Part shown: positions 49,182 through 62,134 of the stretch, piece by piece
How positions within the stretch are numbered: position 1 is the first letter of the stretch
Layout of the letters: the number at the start of each line of letters is the position of its first letter
DNA from: Protoeuglena noctilucae
Taxonomy: Eukaryota
Direction: 5' to 3'
Assembly: GCA_958009085.1 (NCBI GenBank)
Contig: OY253686.1
Location: 310,001-374,000 of the forward strand
Length of the DNA: 64,000 bases
The notes under the pieces: model-generated
What the model was told of the DNA's origin: nothing
What the model saw: only the letters and a program-made list of their open reading frames with translations
The model's database searches: none
Position numbers and translations under genes: made by a program

Positions 49182-52100
49182 ATGTCCAGCAGGTGAGTCG
49201 GGCCCACGGTCGCCTGACTGCAGCACTTAGCTTGCCATTGTCACGAGCCAGCTGTTTGTCTGCGGCAGGGGGCCTTGTACTGCCTTTTGCGTCAGCTCCT
49301 GAAACAAGCCGACGCGTTCCTCCCGCAGCCGCTCCCGTGGTGACCGGAAACTGAGAGCCAGCGGAAGCGAGAAGAGCCGCGGTCGGAGCCTAGCGGACAG
49401 CGACTGGGACCCATCCTGGACGGACCTCGACTCTAAGAAAGCCGAGTCCGTCGCTGGGGTGAGATCAGCGCAAACCTAGCCATTTCACGAGTTGGGCAAC
49501 AGGACGGCACCCGTCACTGGCACCCGGTTTGTGCCTGTCCCTGACCTCCCGCCCGCCCCACGCCTCCCGCAGTCGGAGAGCCAAGAGTCGAGCGCCCTCG
49601 TCCCCAGCGACGGAGGCTCGGACGTCGACCTGGTCAAGGGACTGGCCCAGCGCGCCATTGACCCCTTCATCAAGGACCGTAAAGAGCGTGGAGACTTCGT
49701 ATACGTCCAGCCCAAGTGGCACAAGGGTGAGGTGGCGCCACGATAACTCGCGCGAGAGCTGACGGTGCGAGTGGGGTGTGTGTTCGCAGCTGTGTCCCAT
49801 CGCGGCCGCCCCCTTCTACGTTGGCGCGACGGGGGTGCCCGGGGTCGCTAGTCGATCAAGCGCAACCTTTCCTCCTGCTCTTCCTGCCCAGGGCGGCACT
49901 TCTACACCAACGACAAGGAGTTCCAGGACCTGGTGGAGCGCAAGAACTGGGTCAGGGAGGACCGCCAGAAACGCCAGTACGCCAAGGCGGCCGAGGTCAA
50001 GCTAAACGCGGACCTCGGCGAGGCGTTCGCGGACATGTCCGACAAGCCGGGGCCTTCCGAGGTGAGGGGCCCGTGGGCCACCCAAAGCCCAAGCATCGGG
50101 GGGCGTGCACCTGAGCATGGGGACGAGCGAGCCGCAGCCACTCTGGCGGGGCTTGCGGGGAGGCCTTGCAGGCAGTGGGTTGTCCTGGAAAGCACGCGAT
50201 GGCCTGCTCACGTCGGTTACACGCTCACCCTGACCACTCGTGTGCTTCGCAGGCCGCAGCGAAGGATGCTGTCAAGGACGCCCCGCCCAAAGCGGGGACG
50301 GGGGACGCGAAGGGTGCCGGGGCAGGGCCTGGGCCTGCGGCTGGGGAGGACAAGAAGGGGGAGGGTGTGAGGAAGGAGGGGAGCGCTGCTTTGGCGGGAG
50401 ACAAGCCAAAGGAGGGAGACAAGCCTAAAGATGGGGAGAAGCCCAAAGAAGGGGACAAGCCGGCCGATGGGGCCAAGCCCAAGGAAGCGGACAAGCCAAA
50501 GGAGGGAGAGAAGCCCAAGGAGGGAGACAAGGTCAAAGAGGGAGAAAAGCCCAAGGAAGGGGACAAGCCACAGGAGGGAGACAAGCCAAAGGACGAGGAG
50601 AAGCCTAAGGAAGGGGAGAAGCCCAAGGAGGGAGACAAGGTCAAAGAGGGAGACAAGCCCATAGAGGGGGACAAGCCCAAAGAAGGGGAGAAGCCTAAGG
50701 AGGGAGACAAGCCGGCAGATGGGGCCAAGTCTAAGGAGGGAGACAAGCCCAAAGATGGGGACAAGCCCAAGGATGGAGACAAGACGCCTGGGGATGACGG
50801 TGGTAAGGGGAGCGGGAAGGATGGCAAGCAGGATGGGGACGGACGGGGTGGCGACAAGAAGGAGGGCGGTGGTAGTGGTGGCGATAAGGACAAGGGTGGC
50901 GATGGAGATAAGGGTGGCAAGGGGGAGCGGGGTGGCGACAAGGACGGTGGCAAGGGTGGCAGGGACAGCGACAAGGGCCGTGACGGCGGCAGGAGGGCGT
51001 CGGGCAAGGCGCCCCCGCCCGGCAGCAGCGACAGCGAGACGGACGAAGAGGGGGGCCCTGGGCGGGGCTCAGGCCGGGACGCCGGCAAGCGGTCGGGCTC
51101 GACGTCTCGCGACCGCGGCAAGCGTGCCGGTGAGCTTGCCGTGAAGCGTGGCTGCGGCGAACTGAGCAATGCGCTGGCATAGCCCTTGGCATTCATGGCT
51201 GTCATGGACTCTCAATTTCAAGACATCCCAGGGCTCGGTCACGCCACTGCAAACATGTCGCCTGGGCCTGGCACGCGCCGCTCGCGACATTTGCTGTGGC
51301 CTGACGGCAGCCCCACTCCGTGTGCTCCACCCGCAGAGTCCCGCCCGCGTGACAGGCCCGACCGCGACGGCGCGCCCCGCCGCGAGTCTTCCTCCCGTGC
51401 CCGCGGGACTCGCCGGGAACGCGAGCGTGACCCTTACTACTCGGACAACACCTCGCTGTCATCGGGCTTAGAGCCCCACGCGCACCGCAGCCCGCCCCGG
51501 CCGCATCTCAGGCCCTACGAGGAGGACGCATTCCTGGCAGAGCTGGCTTACGCAACTGGTGAGTCAAGGAATCGCTGTTCTGGTCTGCCCTCACGACCCC
51601 TGTCCTCGCCTCTGCCGTCACCTGTGCCCTGCCTTCCCAGCCCCGCCCTGTTCTCACTGTCTTGCCTTCACCCGTGCCCTGCCCCTACTTCCTCTCTGAC
51701 CCCTCCCCTCACCCCTGCCCAGTCCTCACCCGTTCCCTGTCGTCGGTCCCTGCCCGCAGAGCAGACCCTCCAGGCGAACCGTTTGCGCAAGGAGGGCAAG
51801 GAGCCCGGCAACTTCGGCATCGCGGACGACCTGCCCACGAAAGTGGTGTACGAGAACCTGCTCTCCCTCAAGGGCATGAGCCAGAAAGTGCAGCAAGTGA
51901 TCGAGCACAACGAGCAGCTGTTCCGTCGGCGCATCCAGCTGGAGGAGAGGGCGCTGTTGCAGAAGGCGTGGGACGCGTGGCGAGAGAAGATATCGCACAA
52001 CAAGCTGCTGCGGGACAAGACACGCAAGGCCATGAACAAGATCCTCAAGGGCGTCCTGGCGCGCACCTTCTACGCCTGGAAAGACAAGTTCAAGATGCGC

Positions 52101-55100
52101 GGTGAGAGGGGCGGCTAGGGCTGGGCCGCATGGGGTGCGCACGAGGGGCTGCTCGCGTCAGGGGTGCTCACCCCGCATGAAGGGTGCCAGAGTGGGTGGG
52201 GCTGCGGGGCGCTATGGGCGCATGCGGTGTCGACGGTGGCCCGAACTCCCACTGCCATCGCGCCATCCCCGCAGACAACTCGTACGCCATGAAGAAAAAG
52301 CTGGACGCGATCATCTCCCGGGGCCGCCTGCGGCGGTGCTTCGACGGGTGGTGGGGTCTGGTGGAGCAGGCGCGGTTTGATGCCGTGGTGGTGGCGCACC
52401 AGAACGAGCAGCGCAGGGTGGACCGATACACGCGGAGACTGCGGGAGCGCGCCGTCATGGTCTATCAGCGCCGCAAGCTGGCGCCCTTCTTCTATGCATG
52501 GAAGCGCGAGACGGAGGTGGGTCGTGGTCGTGGGTGGAGAGCGCTGGGGCGATGTAAAGAGGCATGGAGCTGCCGCTGGTGCAGCGGCTGCAATGCCTGG
52601 ACGAGCGTGCCTTAGTTACTCTGCAAGGATCCCTTGCATGTGTTCTGTCAACGCAGGACGAGGTGCGCCGCAGGACCCTGATGGACAAGGTGTTCCGTCG
52701 CTACCAAGAAGCCACGGTCTTCAAGGCATTCTCCAGGTGAGACGCAGCACGTGTTGCCACTGCACGGCTCGCCACAGGCAGCGCCCGGGACCCGGGCAGC
52801 AGCAGTGGCACGGATGCCAAGTGGCTGGCTGTCGTGGGCATGCCGCCTTACGAGCCTGTGCTCCACGGGTGTTTCTGTCCAGGTGGCGCGAGTACACGGA
52901 AGAGCGCCTCATCCAGCGTGACAAGGCGCGCCACGCCTTCAACATCCTGCGTTGCGGTCTCAAGGCTCGCGTGTTTTACGCGCTGCGGGACATGGTGGGC
53001 CAGAAGGCACAGGAGATGGCCCGCGTGAACCGCGCCGTCCGTCACTGGGCCAACCGTTCGCTGGCCGGCGCCTGGGAGGGGTGGTGCGCGTACGTGTACT
53101 GGCGCCGCCAGAAGAAGCAGGCGCTCCTCATGATGAAGAACAACCTGCTCTCCAAAGCCTTCCGGACGTGGTATGATGGCGTCGACGAGGAGCAACGCAT
53201 CCGGGTGAGTCATTGGGGTCGGGATTGCCTGTACGGCATCTCGTTCGAGGTATGGGGTTCAACTGCACGACGGGCAGGTTGTCCGACCGGGTGAGGGTTC
53301 CAACACAGGTGCATACACGCCGAATGAGCAGGATCGTTAGGAGTCATTGGGGCGCTAGCAGACCTAGCCGGGCGCACAAGGGTGCAGGGAGGTGCAGGCG
53401 GTGGCGAGTGTGCCGACGGCCCCGGCGTTCTCTCTCGGCCCCCGCAGCGCCTGATGGAGCGCAGCGCGGGCCGCTTCCACAACCGCCTCGCATGGAAGGC
53501 TTTCGCCAAGTGGCGGGAGGTGGCGGAGGAGTCCAAAGCTCTCACGGAGGAGGAGCGGGTGCGGGGGCTGGAGGTCGAGGTGGAGCGGCTGATTGGGGAG
53601 AACGGGCGTCTGCAGAGAGACAACGAGCGATTCCAGCGCATCATCGACTCGGGAGAGTGGGGTCGTGGGCGGGTGGAGGAGCTGGCCAAGGCGGGAGAGA
53701 CGATGCGCGCCGAGAGGGACGCCATGCTGCGCCTCATCGCGGTCCTGCGGTCCGAGTACGACGCCCTGCAGGACACCAAGTCGCGGCAGGAAGACGAGAT
53801 CAAGCATCTCAAAGAACGCTTTCTCACGACAGGTGCGGCGCAGGGTGGGGCACTGTAGCCTGTGATGTGGGGCTCAGCTTCGCGCAGCCTGGGGCGCCGG
53901 GTGACCTGCCGCGCGCTCCAGTGGCGAAGTCTCTGCGTGACCGGCGAACGCTCTGTCCCTAGTCGACTTATCAGTTGCCCCGCTCTGCTCCCAGGCCATT
54001 CCCGCAACATGATGCTGGTCCGGGGCGGGTCGTCGTTCAACTCCATGGTGCGCGCGATGAAGCAGTCCATCGTCGACGGCAACAACGCCACGGCCGCAGC
54101 AGCGCCGGCCCGCCGCACCTCCTACAGCGGCGGTGGCGCGGTCGGTGGCGCCGGGGCTGCAGGCGTGCCCCACAGTGCAGTGCCCACGGTGGGGGCGCGA
54201 CCGGGAGGAGGCTCCCGGCTCGTCCAGGGCCGGGCCCCGCAAGTCACGTGAGTGCGAAGTGCTGTGTGGGCAGCTGAGACTTAATGGCCCAGCGACCTTG
54301 TGCCCCTGTGGCCCTGCAACAGCATCACGCACACACAGCCGGTCGCACAGTGACCTGCAACATGCGCATCCAATCGTACGTCGTGACGCTGTTTGCTCGT
54401 GACCCTGCGCTTGATTGTCTCTTGCCCTTCCTCTGCCCCAGGGACCCCAACCTGCTGTACGAGATCGACCGTCTTGCCATGGATCGGGTGGCCATCTTCC
54501 CAGACGGGGAGCTCAAGGTGCAGGCGGTGCCGGGGGTCACCTCGGCGGGCATCTGGCCCACGTCGGCGCTGGCGCGAGAGAGGACGGGGGCAGCCGCGGC
54601 AGGCGCATCGATGCGCACGTCGCGCCCAAGCTCCGTGGGCCGCGGCCACGAGACGTACGCCTACGCGGTGCCGGCGGGAGACGAACCCCGCGAGCGACAG
54701 CCCCCGCCAGCCTATGATCGAGCTGCGGGTGCACCAGCCTATGACCGCGCGGCTCGCGGGGGTGCGCCGGCTTATGAGCGCGCGGCGGCGGGTGGGGCGG
54801 GCGGGGGCGTGTCTGCGTATGAGCGCGCGGCCGGTGGGGGCAGCCTGGGCTACGAGCGTGCGGCGGGCGTGGCGGGGGCCGAGTACGAGGGTCGGGGTGC
54901 CGGTTCGCGTCCCGCACAGGCGCACGATGCGTACGACGCGGCTGCAGGGCCAGTGAGGAGGAGCGCGGGCCACGAGGGGCGAGGGCGGGCCGACATGGAG
55001 CGGGGCGGGGCGCGTGTCGAGGGGCCCGCGAGGGTTGGCGCTGGGCAAGGGGCCAGGGGAGCGGAGGAGGGCCTGCAGGGGCCGGAGATGGACCCCGCGG

Positions 55101-55318
55101 GCCAGGCAGGCGGCCGGCAGCGTGCAGAGGGAGGGGTGTCCCGGGGCGAGGGCCGAGGGGCGCTGGCGGAGGGTGCGCTGAGGGCGGAGCGGCAGGGGTC
55201 GCTGGCGGACTGGGCCGAGAAGCCGGGCCGCGAAGGGGCGGGTGTCGCGGACACTCGCACCGTGTACCCCGCTGGGATGGACCCCCGGGGAGGCGGGCGT
55301 CCCAGGAGCGGCCGATGA
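49182..55318 (+). CDS. Sfi1-type (centrin-binding-like) repeat protein with charged hexapeptide array and coiled coil
   Basis: 13 exons in frame; about 9 repeats of LxxxFxxW(R/K) type (LLQKAWDAWR, VLARTFYAWK, LRRCFDGWW, LAPFFYAWK, VFKAFSRWR, LAGAWEGWC, LLSKAFRTWY, LAWKAFAKWR); ends RPRSGR-TGA. Confidence 0.7.
50397..50783 (+). repeat. Coding 18-bp minisatellite, about 21 copies of G(D/E)KPK(E/D)
   Basis: GGAGACAAGCCAAAGGAG-type units read directly; visible in ORF 50166..51182. Confidence 0.93.
54706..54945 (+). repeat. Coding degenerate repeat, (A/G)Y(D/E)RAAG-like units in the Sfi1-like protein tail
   Basis: PAYDRAAG, PAYDRAARGG, PAYERAAAGG, SAYERAAGGG, GYERAAG, AEYEGRG, DAYDAAAG. Confidence 0.75.
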
Positions 55319-55692
55319 GCGTCCCTAGCGTGGCGATGGCGTGGAACTGCAGCCCTGCCGGTGTCTCGTAGGCCCAGTATTGAAGTACCGAGTGGCATCC
55401 GTCTGAATAAGCTGCAAGCTGAACGCTGGCGTTTAGCATCAGCCAGTCCAGCAGTTTCACGCGATTTGCGCCTCGCCAGGACCCTGTCGCGCCACTCGCC
55501 CACGTGACTTGGTTGCTTTTGTTCCAATATACCAGGTGGCGACGCCGGACATCTGAAAGGAGGAGCGGCGGGCGTCCCCCACGAGCGACAGGGTAGGAGC
55601 GCTGGGGCGGTCGGGGTGAGGCCTCTGCGCCCGTGACATTGATGCTGTAAGTGACGCTTTAGCTCAGCGTCGCTCGCGCAGGGAGGGGCAGG

Positions 55693-56723
55693 ATGGCCGG
55701 CCCCCTGGTGGACTGGTCGTATCTCTTCAACTTGTTTTACTTCATCTCGCCCTACTGGTGGTCGTACCTCGGCATCGGTCTGTGCGTCGGATTCTCCATC
55801 CTTGGTGCCGCATGGTGAGCTTGGCCCCGCAGCCGCCCTCCAGAGCAGGGCCTGCCCTCCGCTGCGGGGGTGATGCACTCCGGCCCAGGGAGCCAAACAC
55901 GGCACCGGCGGCAAGCGCGTCCTACGCCGAATGGAACTCATGCCGAAAACTGTCGAATGCCGTCGGCGCACGGCATATGCGTCCATGCACCCCCCCTCGC
56001 AGGGGCATCTTCGTGACGGGGTCGTCGCTGCTCGGTGCCGCGGTCAAGGCGCCGCGCATCACCTCCAAGAACCTCATCTCGGTCATTTTCTGCGAGGCAG
56101 TGGCCATCTACGGTGTCATCGTGGCCATCATCCTCACCACCAAGGTGTTAAACGCTGCTCCGCCGTTGCTTGCCCTCTGCTCGACCGCTCCGGTTGGTCC
56201 GGCGGCCGCAACGTCCCGCCTGCTGGTTACTGACTTCCGTGTGGCATGTGTGGTGCATGGAGGACGGTAGCCATGACCCCTGCGCGCAGGTGGAGCCGTC
56301 GGTGCTGGGGGCGAATGGGCAGTACGGCGTGAAGACCATGCAGGCGGGGTACGCGACGTTCAATGCGGGTCTGACGACTGGGCTTGCGAACCTGGCCTGT
56401 GGCATTTGTGTCGGGATCGTCGGGTCGAGCGCTGCGCTCTCGGACGCCCAGAACGCCACCCTCTTTGTCAAGGTGAGACGCCCTAGCGCCTGGCCGTCGG
56501 AGTTGCCTGGGTCAGCTGCCGCGGATGAGTGTGGATAGCAGCATTGGAACTGTTGGACTGTGTTTGGCCACCCGTGGATGGGCGTTGCAGCGCGGTGCGA
56601 CACGAGCGGACTCCTGGGCGCCCGCAGATCCTCGTCATTGAGATCTTTGGGTCGGCCCTGGGTCTGTTTGGGGTGATTGTGGGGATCATCATGAGCGGGG
56701 CGGGCTTCAACGACAAGTACTGA
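55693..56723 (+). CDS. VMA16: V-type ATPase proteolipid subunit c'' (Vma16/ATP6V0B)
   Basis: [71 protein letters not shown]; 3 introns. Confidence 0.96.
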
Positions 56724-57077
56724 GTGAAAGCCAGGCGGACGAGCGATGTGCGGCCATGCTCGTGCGCTGCCATGCCAAACCTCGCTGATCTTCCACACCT
56801 AGTTGCGGCACTTGAATGCGCAGACACACAGAAGGGCATGAGCAGATTGCCAGCAAAGCCGCTGGCACTGGCGTGTAGGCAGTCAGGCCATCAGTGGGCG
56901 CCTGGCCACCCACCCGCATCAGCACCGCGTCAACCTTCCTACGAAGTTCCTCAGCTGCCGCTCGGTGACGCTGCACCTGGATCCTCCCCACTTCGGGCCC
57001 ATATCTGCGTTTGCGACGGCACCGGCGTTCGTCGTGATCAGACCAACCCCAAATCCAGCGTCAGCATCATCGCGACG

Positions 57078-59001
57078 ATGGCTTTCGCGCTGAAGGCCGC
57101 GCCCGCCTGTGCGGCGCACGCTTGCCGTCCCCCCTCGATGAGGTGAGAGTGCGCGCGTTGCCTGGGCGTCCGCACTTTGCTGAGGATCCATCCTGGAGTT
57201 TGTTCTTGGTTCGTGCGCTCGGGGCGTCCGTTTCGGGCGCTGCGGCGCCCGCTCCAGGCTGGGGCGATGCGAGGGTGGGGGCGCCGCGTCTGCAACGCCC
57301 TTCGCGCCGGTGTGAACGGCGCCAACGCACCGCTGCCTGGCAAAGCGAAGTTTGCATCGCCATGTCCACGAGGCGTCATGAACCATCGCTCCTCTGAGCC
57401 GTCTGGACGTCCGTTCGGTTGCAGCCGCGCGAGGAGCGTTTCGTGCAGCGCCACGCCGTCGGCGGCGTCTTCCGAGGTCACCATCCGCAGGCGGCCTCCG
57501 GAAGGGATCGACAAGCAGCCGTGCGGGCCTGTGTACTTCGAGGTGGGACCGGAGAGGAGAGTTTGAAGCCCCTGCTTGTGTCGCCAGCCTTCCCTTCCGG
57601 CCGGACGCGCCCTTGCCTAGCTGCCGCAGGTGCCCACGAGCGAGGAGAACCGGCCGCGGAACATTTTGGAGGAGATTGTGTGGTACAAGGACGTGGAGAT
57701 CCGGCAGATGAAGGAGGCCCGGCCAGCGGAGTTGGTGCGCGCGATGGTGAAGGGCGCGCCGCCGGCTCGGGACTTCATCGGCGCACTGCGGGCGATGCAG
57801 GAGTCGTGGGGAAAGCCGGGTGAGGGCGCGGGGCGAGAGGATGCCTGAGCCTGGCCAGGGCGTGGCGGGTGCAGGGAGGTTGGCAAGTCGCCGTATCCCA
57901 CCTGGTGCAACGAGCTCCCCTTCGCAGGGCTCATCGCGGAGGTGAAGAAGGCATCTCCCTCCAAGGGCGTGATTCAGCCGGATTTCGACCCCGTCCGCAT
58001 CGCCAAGGCGTACGAGGAGGGAGGGGCGGCCTGCCTCTCAGTGCTCACGGACCAGAAGTTCTTCCAGGCGAGTCAATGCCTCTGTTCTGCTCTTGAGGAA
58101 CGCGCGTGGCCAATGGCTTCCGCCCATGTGTCTATCTGACCGTGTCGCTCCCTCAGGGCTCCTTCGACAACCTGAAGCTCATCCGCCAGGCCGGCGTCAA
58201 GTGCCCGCTGCTGTGCAAGGAGTTCATTGTGGACGCTTACCAGCTCATGACGGCACGGGCGGCGGGGGCAGACGCTGTGGTGAGTGCCACGCCGGCGACG
58301 TGGGAGCTCTCGGTCTCGTGCATGCACGCGCTGGGACACTGGGCTCCTCAGCGTGCCTGCCAGTTCCCGCGCCCTCTGCTCCTCGCGCAGCCTTGGAATG
58401 CGAACGAAGCGAGGGCTCCCGGCTGCTCCTCCCCCGCAGCTCCTGATCGCGGCGGTGCTCCCCAACAGCGACTTGCGCTACCTGGCCAAGGCGGCCCGCA
58501 GCCTGGGCCTGCAATGCCTCATCGAGGTGCACTCCGAGGCGGAGATGGCGCGCGTGCTCGAGCTCCCCGCGGACTGCTTGGAGGGGAGCATGCTGGGCAT
58601 CAACAACCGTGACCTCGGCACGTTTAAGGTCGACTTGGGCATCACGCAGCGCATCATGGAGAGCGAGGCGGGCAAGGAGGCACTGCGCCGGGGATTCCTG
58701 GTGAGAGGCACTGTCACGGAAAATGTTGCATGTCGGCGGTGTGATGTAAAGAGTAGCACACGCGCAACCATCGGTGCCCCAAGTCGGGCCGGCAGAAGCG
58801 ATTGGCTCAGCCAAATCCAGGTTTGTGTTCAGATTCCTCGTGTCGCGTGTTCCGCAGGTGGTGGGCGAGTCGGGGATCTTCACGACGGAGCACCTCGACA
58901 CGATGGCGAGCGCGGGGTGCGAGGCGGTGCTGGTGGGGGAGTCGCTTGTTAAGCAGACCGACGCGGCCACCGGCATCCGCCGGCTCTACGGTCGGGAGTA
59001 G
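57078..59001 (+). CDS. IGPS: Indole-3-glycerol-phosphate synthase, plastid-targeted
   Basis: [66 protein letters not shown]; 6 introns (one GC-AG); stop TAG 58999-59001. Confidence 0.96.
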
Positions 59002-59375
59002 AGCGGCGCGGCTTGACTGTCCGTGGGATATGCTTGTGCGAGTCCTTGGCCGGTGTTCGATTCTTCATAAACGGGGAGGGGTTCAACGTCGGTCGAGAAT
59101 TTTCTGCCATAGAACGCTGCGGAACCACCGAGCACGAAATCTGGGACGACCAGTATAGAGCGTGGCTGGGTGCTAGGAAAGGGAGCACGATGGCAAATCT
59201 GTTTGCAGACGCATGCCAATCACGGCGACGTCAGCTATGGAGCAGAACGAAAGCCATGCCATGAAACTCAGGTTACGTCAATATGTGTGCTAGGACTGCG
59301 CAGGAGACGGGAACGGTGTGCAACGACAAGCGTCCCCACCACGCCACTCGCGCAAATGCAAGCGTGCGAGGTGGG

Positions 59376-61751
59376 TCATGCGGCGTGCCTCCCCAGGGCC
59401 GGGCTGTCGCTCCGACGGCGAACAACGACGCGGTACGCGCCGCCGCCGGCCGTCGTGACCACGCCCGCGTCGCTGAGCCGCCTCACCACCCCCGCCGCTC
59501 CGACATCGGTACTGCCAGACCCGGGCCCGGGCCCTCGGGCCATGTCCATCTCCACGCTGCCCGTCGCCACCGCCGCACCCGCGCCCCGCAACTCTTCCAT
59601 CAAGCCCTCCCACGCACCGCGCCCTCGCTTGGCCCTCGACGCTGCTTTTTCGAACGCCCCGGGGGTGCGCTGGCCCCGCCGCGCCCTCGGCCTCAAGCGG
59701 CCCTCCCTCTCGGTGCCCCGCGAGTCCCCCAGCGACTCCATCTGGGCGTGCGCGTAGCTCAGGAAGCCCTCTCTCAGCCCCACGGGCCCCTGGGGCTCCT
59801 CGCGCGTCACGCCCTGGAGGATGCGGTTGGCGCGATCCATCGTGAGCGGCTCAGCGGTGGCGCCGATTGGCTGGGTCTCCGCAGCGTGCTGGAAGAGCAG
59901 CATGCGGCGGCGAAGGAGGCCGATGTCGAGGTCGCCGCCTCCCACAGGCGCGTCGCCGGACTCGGCCACCAACGGGCCGCCACCCATCGATCCAGGCACG
60001 GGCGGGCGGGAGGGGAATTGGGCCTTCTCGACGCCGAAGCAGCCCATGCGGGAGCCCTGGATCACAGTCAGGCATATAGGAAGAGAGTGAGCGAGCCGTG
60101 CAGGTGAGGGCTGCTGTTTGGTGGCACCCGCACCGCGCTTTACTGCACACGACTCGTCATGGCACCCCTGCGGCGGATGTCACCTCATCGAATCCCAGGA
60201 AGTGCGGCATGTCCGGCTCCGCCTCGGGGACAGGCACAGCAGGGGGCCTCCCGTTTCCGCGAACGTCCATCCCCCGGGGAGCGTAGCCGACCGTGGAGCC
60301 GTGCGTGTGCGTACCCCCCGCTGACGACGTCACGCCTCCCGACGACTTGGAAGATTTGGAAGAGACGGCGGAGAAGTGCGCGAGCGCGACCATGCTGGGC
60401 GCCGTGTGGTGGACACCCTGCGGCCGCACGGCAGACGTCGGCTTGCGTTGACCTGGGCCGCATGGCAGGGGCTTGGTGCGCAGTCAGACAGGGCCAATGG
60501 AAGAGCGAGTGCATTGCACGCGACGAGACTCTTAGAGAGCCTTTGTATGCCGTAATGCCAGCCACATCCCGCACCTGCGTGAGCTGTGACGCAGCCACCG
60601 CGGGGTCCTCGGCGATGGCCTCGGGCCTCCCCGCTTGGGACGCGGGGCTGGTGTTCGCGGGTGCGCGGAGTGCCTCGAGCCTCGTCCCGCGGTGCTCGAG
60701 GTGAGGGAGGAGCCGTGCGGGAGTGTGGGTGGCCAGGTGCAGGTCCCAGGGCGCGGCCCCCTTCTGCGGGTGTGGTACATGCGCACCGGTGCCGCTCGCG
60801 GTGCCGGATACAGGGCTGGGAGCACTCCGATGGAGGCAACGCTGGCGTGGCGCACCTGGGGTGTGGCGAACATGCTGTCCACAAATCCGGCGGGGTCTAC
60901 GATCATGGTGGATGAGGCCGTCACCCCCGGCGCGTCCAGGGCGCTGCGGCACGGCCCGTCGGGTCCGGGCGGTCGACGGAGCTTCTCCGGCGTCCGCAGC
61001 GCCTCGTGGTGCGAGGCATACGTCGGCGCCACCCGAGGCTCACTGTCGCCATTGTCTGCAGGGGCGTTGGGGAGGGCGCGGTGGGGTTCAGGGAGCTTGG
61101 GGGTCACGGCGCGGGTGCGGGGGGTACGCGCTGCAAGCGCACCGGAGCGCGCAAGCACCAACGGGCTGGGACAGCGCAACCACCGTGCCGGGCCCTACCG
61201 CCCTTGCCCGGCCCGGCGTGCCATCCGGCGCCCGCCACGGCGCGGAGGGCGCGCAAGGGCACAAAACGCCCTGTGGGACACTCCATGGTCCGGCTGAAAG
61301 TCGCCAATGCTCGGGCACGCGTTCCCGCCTTGCAGGCACCCTGGCGTGCGCGCCCCTCCCAGCGCGTGGGGTGCGTCGGCTGGCGGCAACACAATCGATT
61401 CCGGCAAATTGCACAGTCCTGCCCGACGCTGTCTTGGCGGCAGAGGCCAAGCACAGGCGCCGGGGGCCGCGCAGCTGTCGGCTCCTTCCCAGCGGTCCCG
61501 GCACGCCACGCGCCACCCTCCGGCGCCAAGCGTCGGAAGGCAGGCTTTTAACGTGGAAATGAATAATGTGGAGGACGCAGGCGAGGGGATGGACGCCGTG
61601 GCGAGCCGCGCGAGGGACAACGACGGAGACTCGCGGTTCGGCCGGCCCGATCGGACCTCGCGGGGCAGGAGCGTCGCTCACCAGTCAAGTTCTCGTCGTT
61701 GGCGATGTCAGGTGCCGAGCAGATCCACGCAAAGCTGAAGTCCCCCGTCAT
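59376..61751 (-). CDS. Hypothetical protein (5' end uncertain)
   Basis: Segments of ORFs 60532-61179, 60185-60952, 60157-60429 and 59376-60065 join in frame via GT-AG introns; candidate first exon 61751-61682 with a GTGAGC donor. No family motif recognised. Confidence 0.45.
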
Positions 61752-62134
61752 GGCACTCCCACAGCGCGTGAGGGCGCCCAAAGGCTATATCATGCGTTGT
61801 GTTGGCTGTGATGTGCGTGAGGGGACGGAAGGGGGCGCGGATCGGCTTTGAGCTGCGGGCGAGGGGGCATGTCAGGGCGCATGACGCCTGACACACCCGG
61901 GGCATAAACGATCTCCGTTACGGCTGACGACAGGAGTTTGCGCTTGTGATCTGGGCAGCGCTGATATAGCGTCACGAGCCCGCACAGTCCCGCAGTCTGC
62001 AACTTTGCCTTCGTGGTGCTTTCTCGTGTCGCCGTCTGCTGCCTGCTATCATATCGAACAGCGGAAGGAAGGAAGCAGTGTCTGAGCGACTCTCCGGCCT
62101 GCAGCGTCGCATCAGGCTTCGCACGAGACGGGGT

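Noticed and set aside
50397..50783. CRISPR-like periodicity
   Set aside because: Contiguous 18-bp coding tandem repeat with synonymous variation, no spacers and no cas genes.
29216..59001. TAR-to-Gln genetic code (as in some ulvophytes) as the explanation for the subtilase TAG
   Set aside because: QCR8 (29216) and IGPS (58999) end in TAG at their expected C-termini, TAA ends other genes, and no other coding exon has an internal TAR.
29557..59001. Functional gene cluster (SS3, epimerase-like, UPM1, IGPS all plastid-related)
   Set aside because: Unrelated pathways interleaved with mitochondrial, vacuolar and cytoskeletal genes; ordinary compact-genome adjacency.
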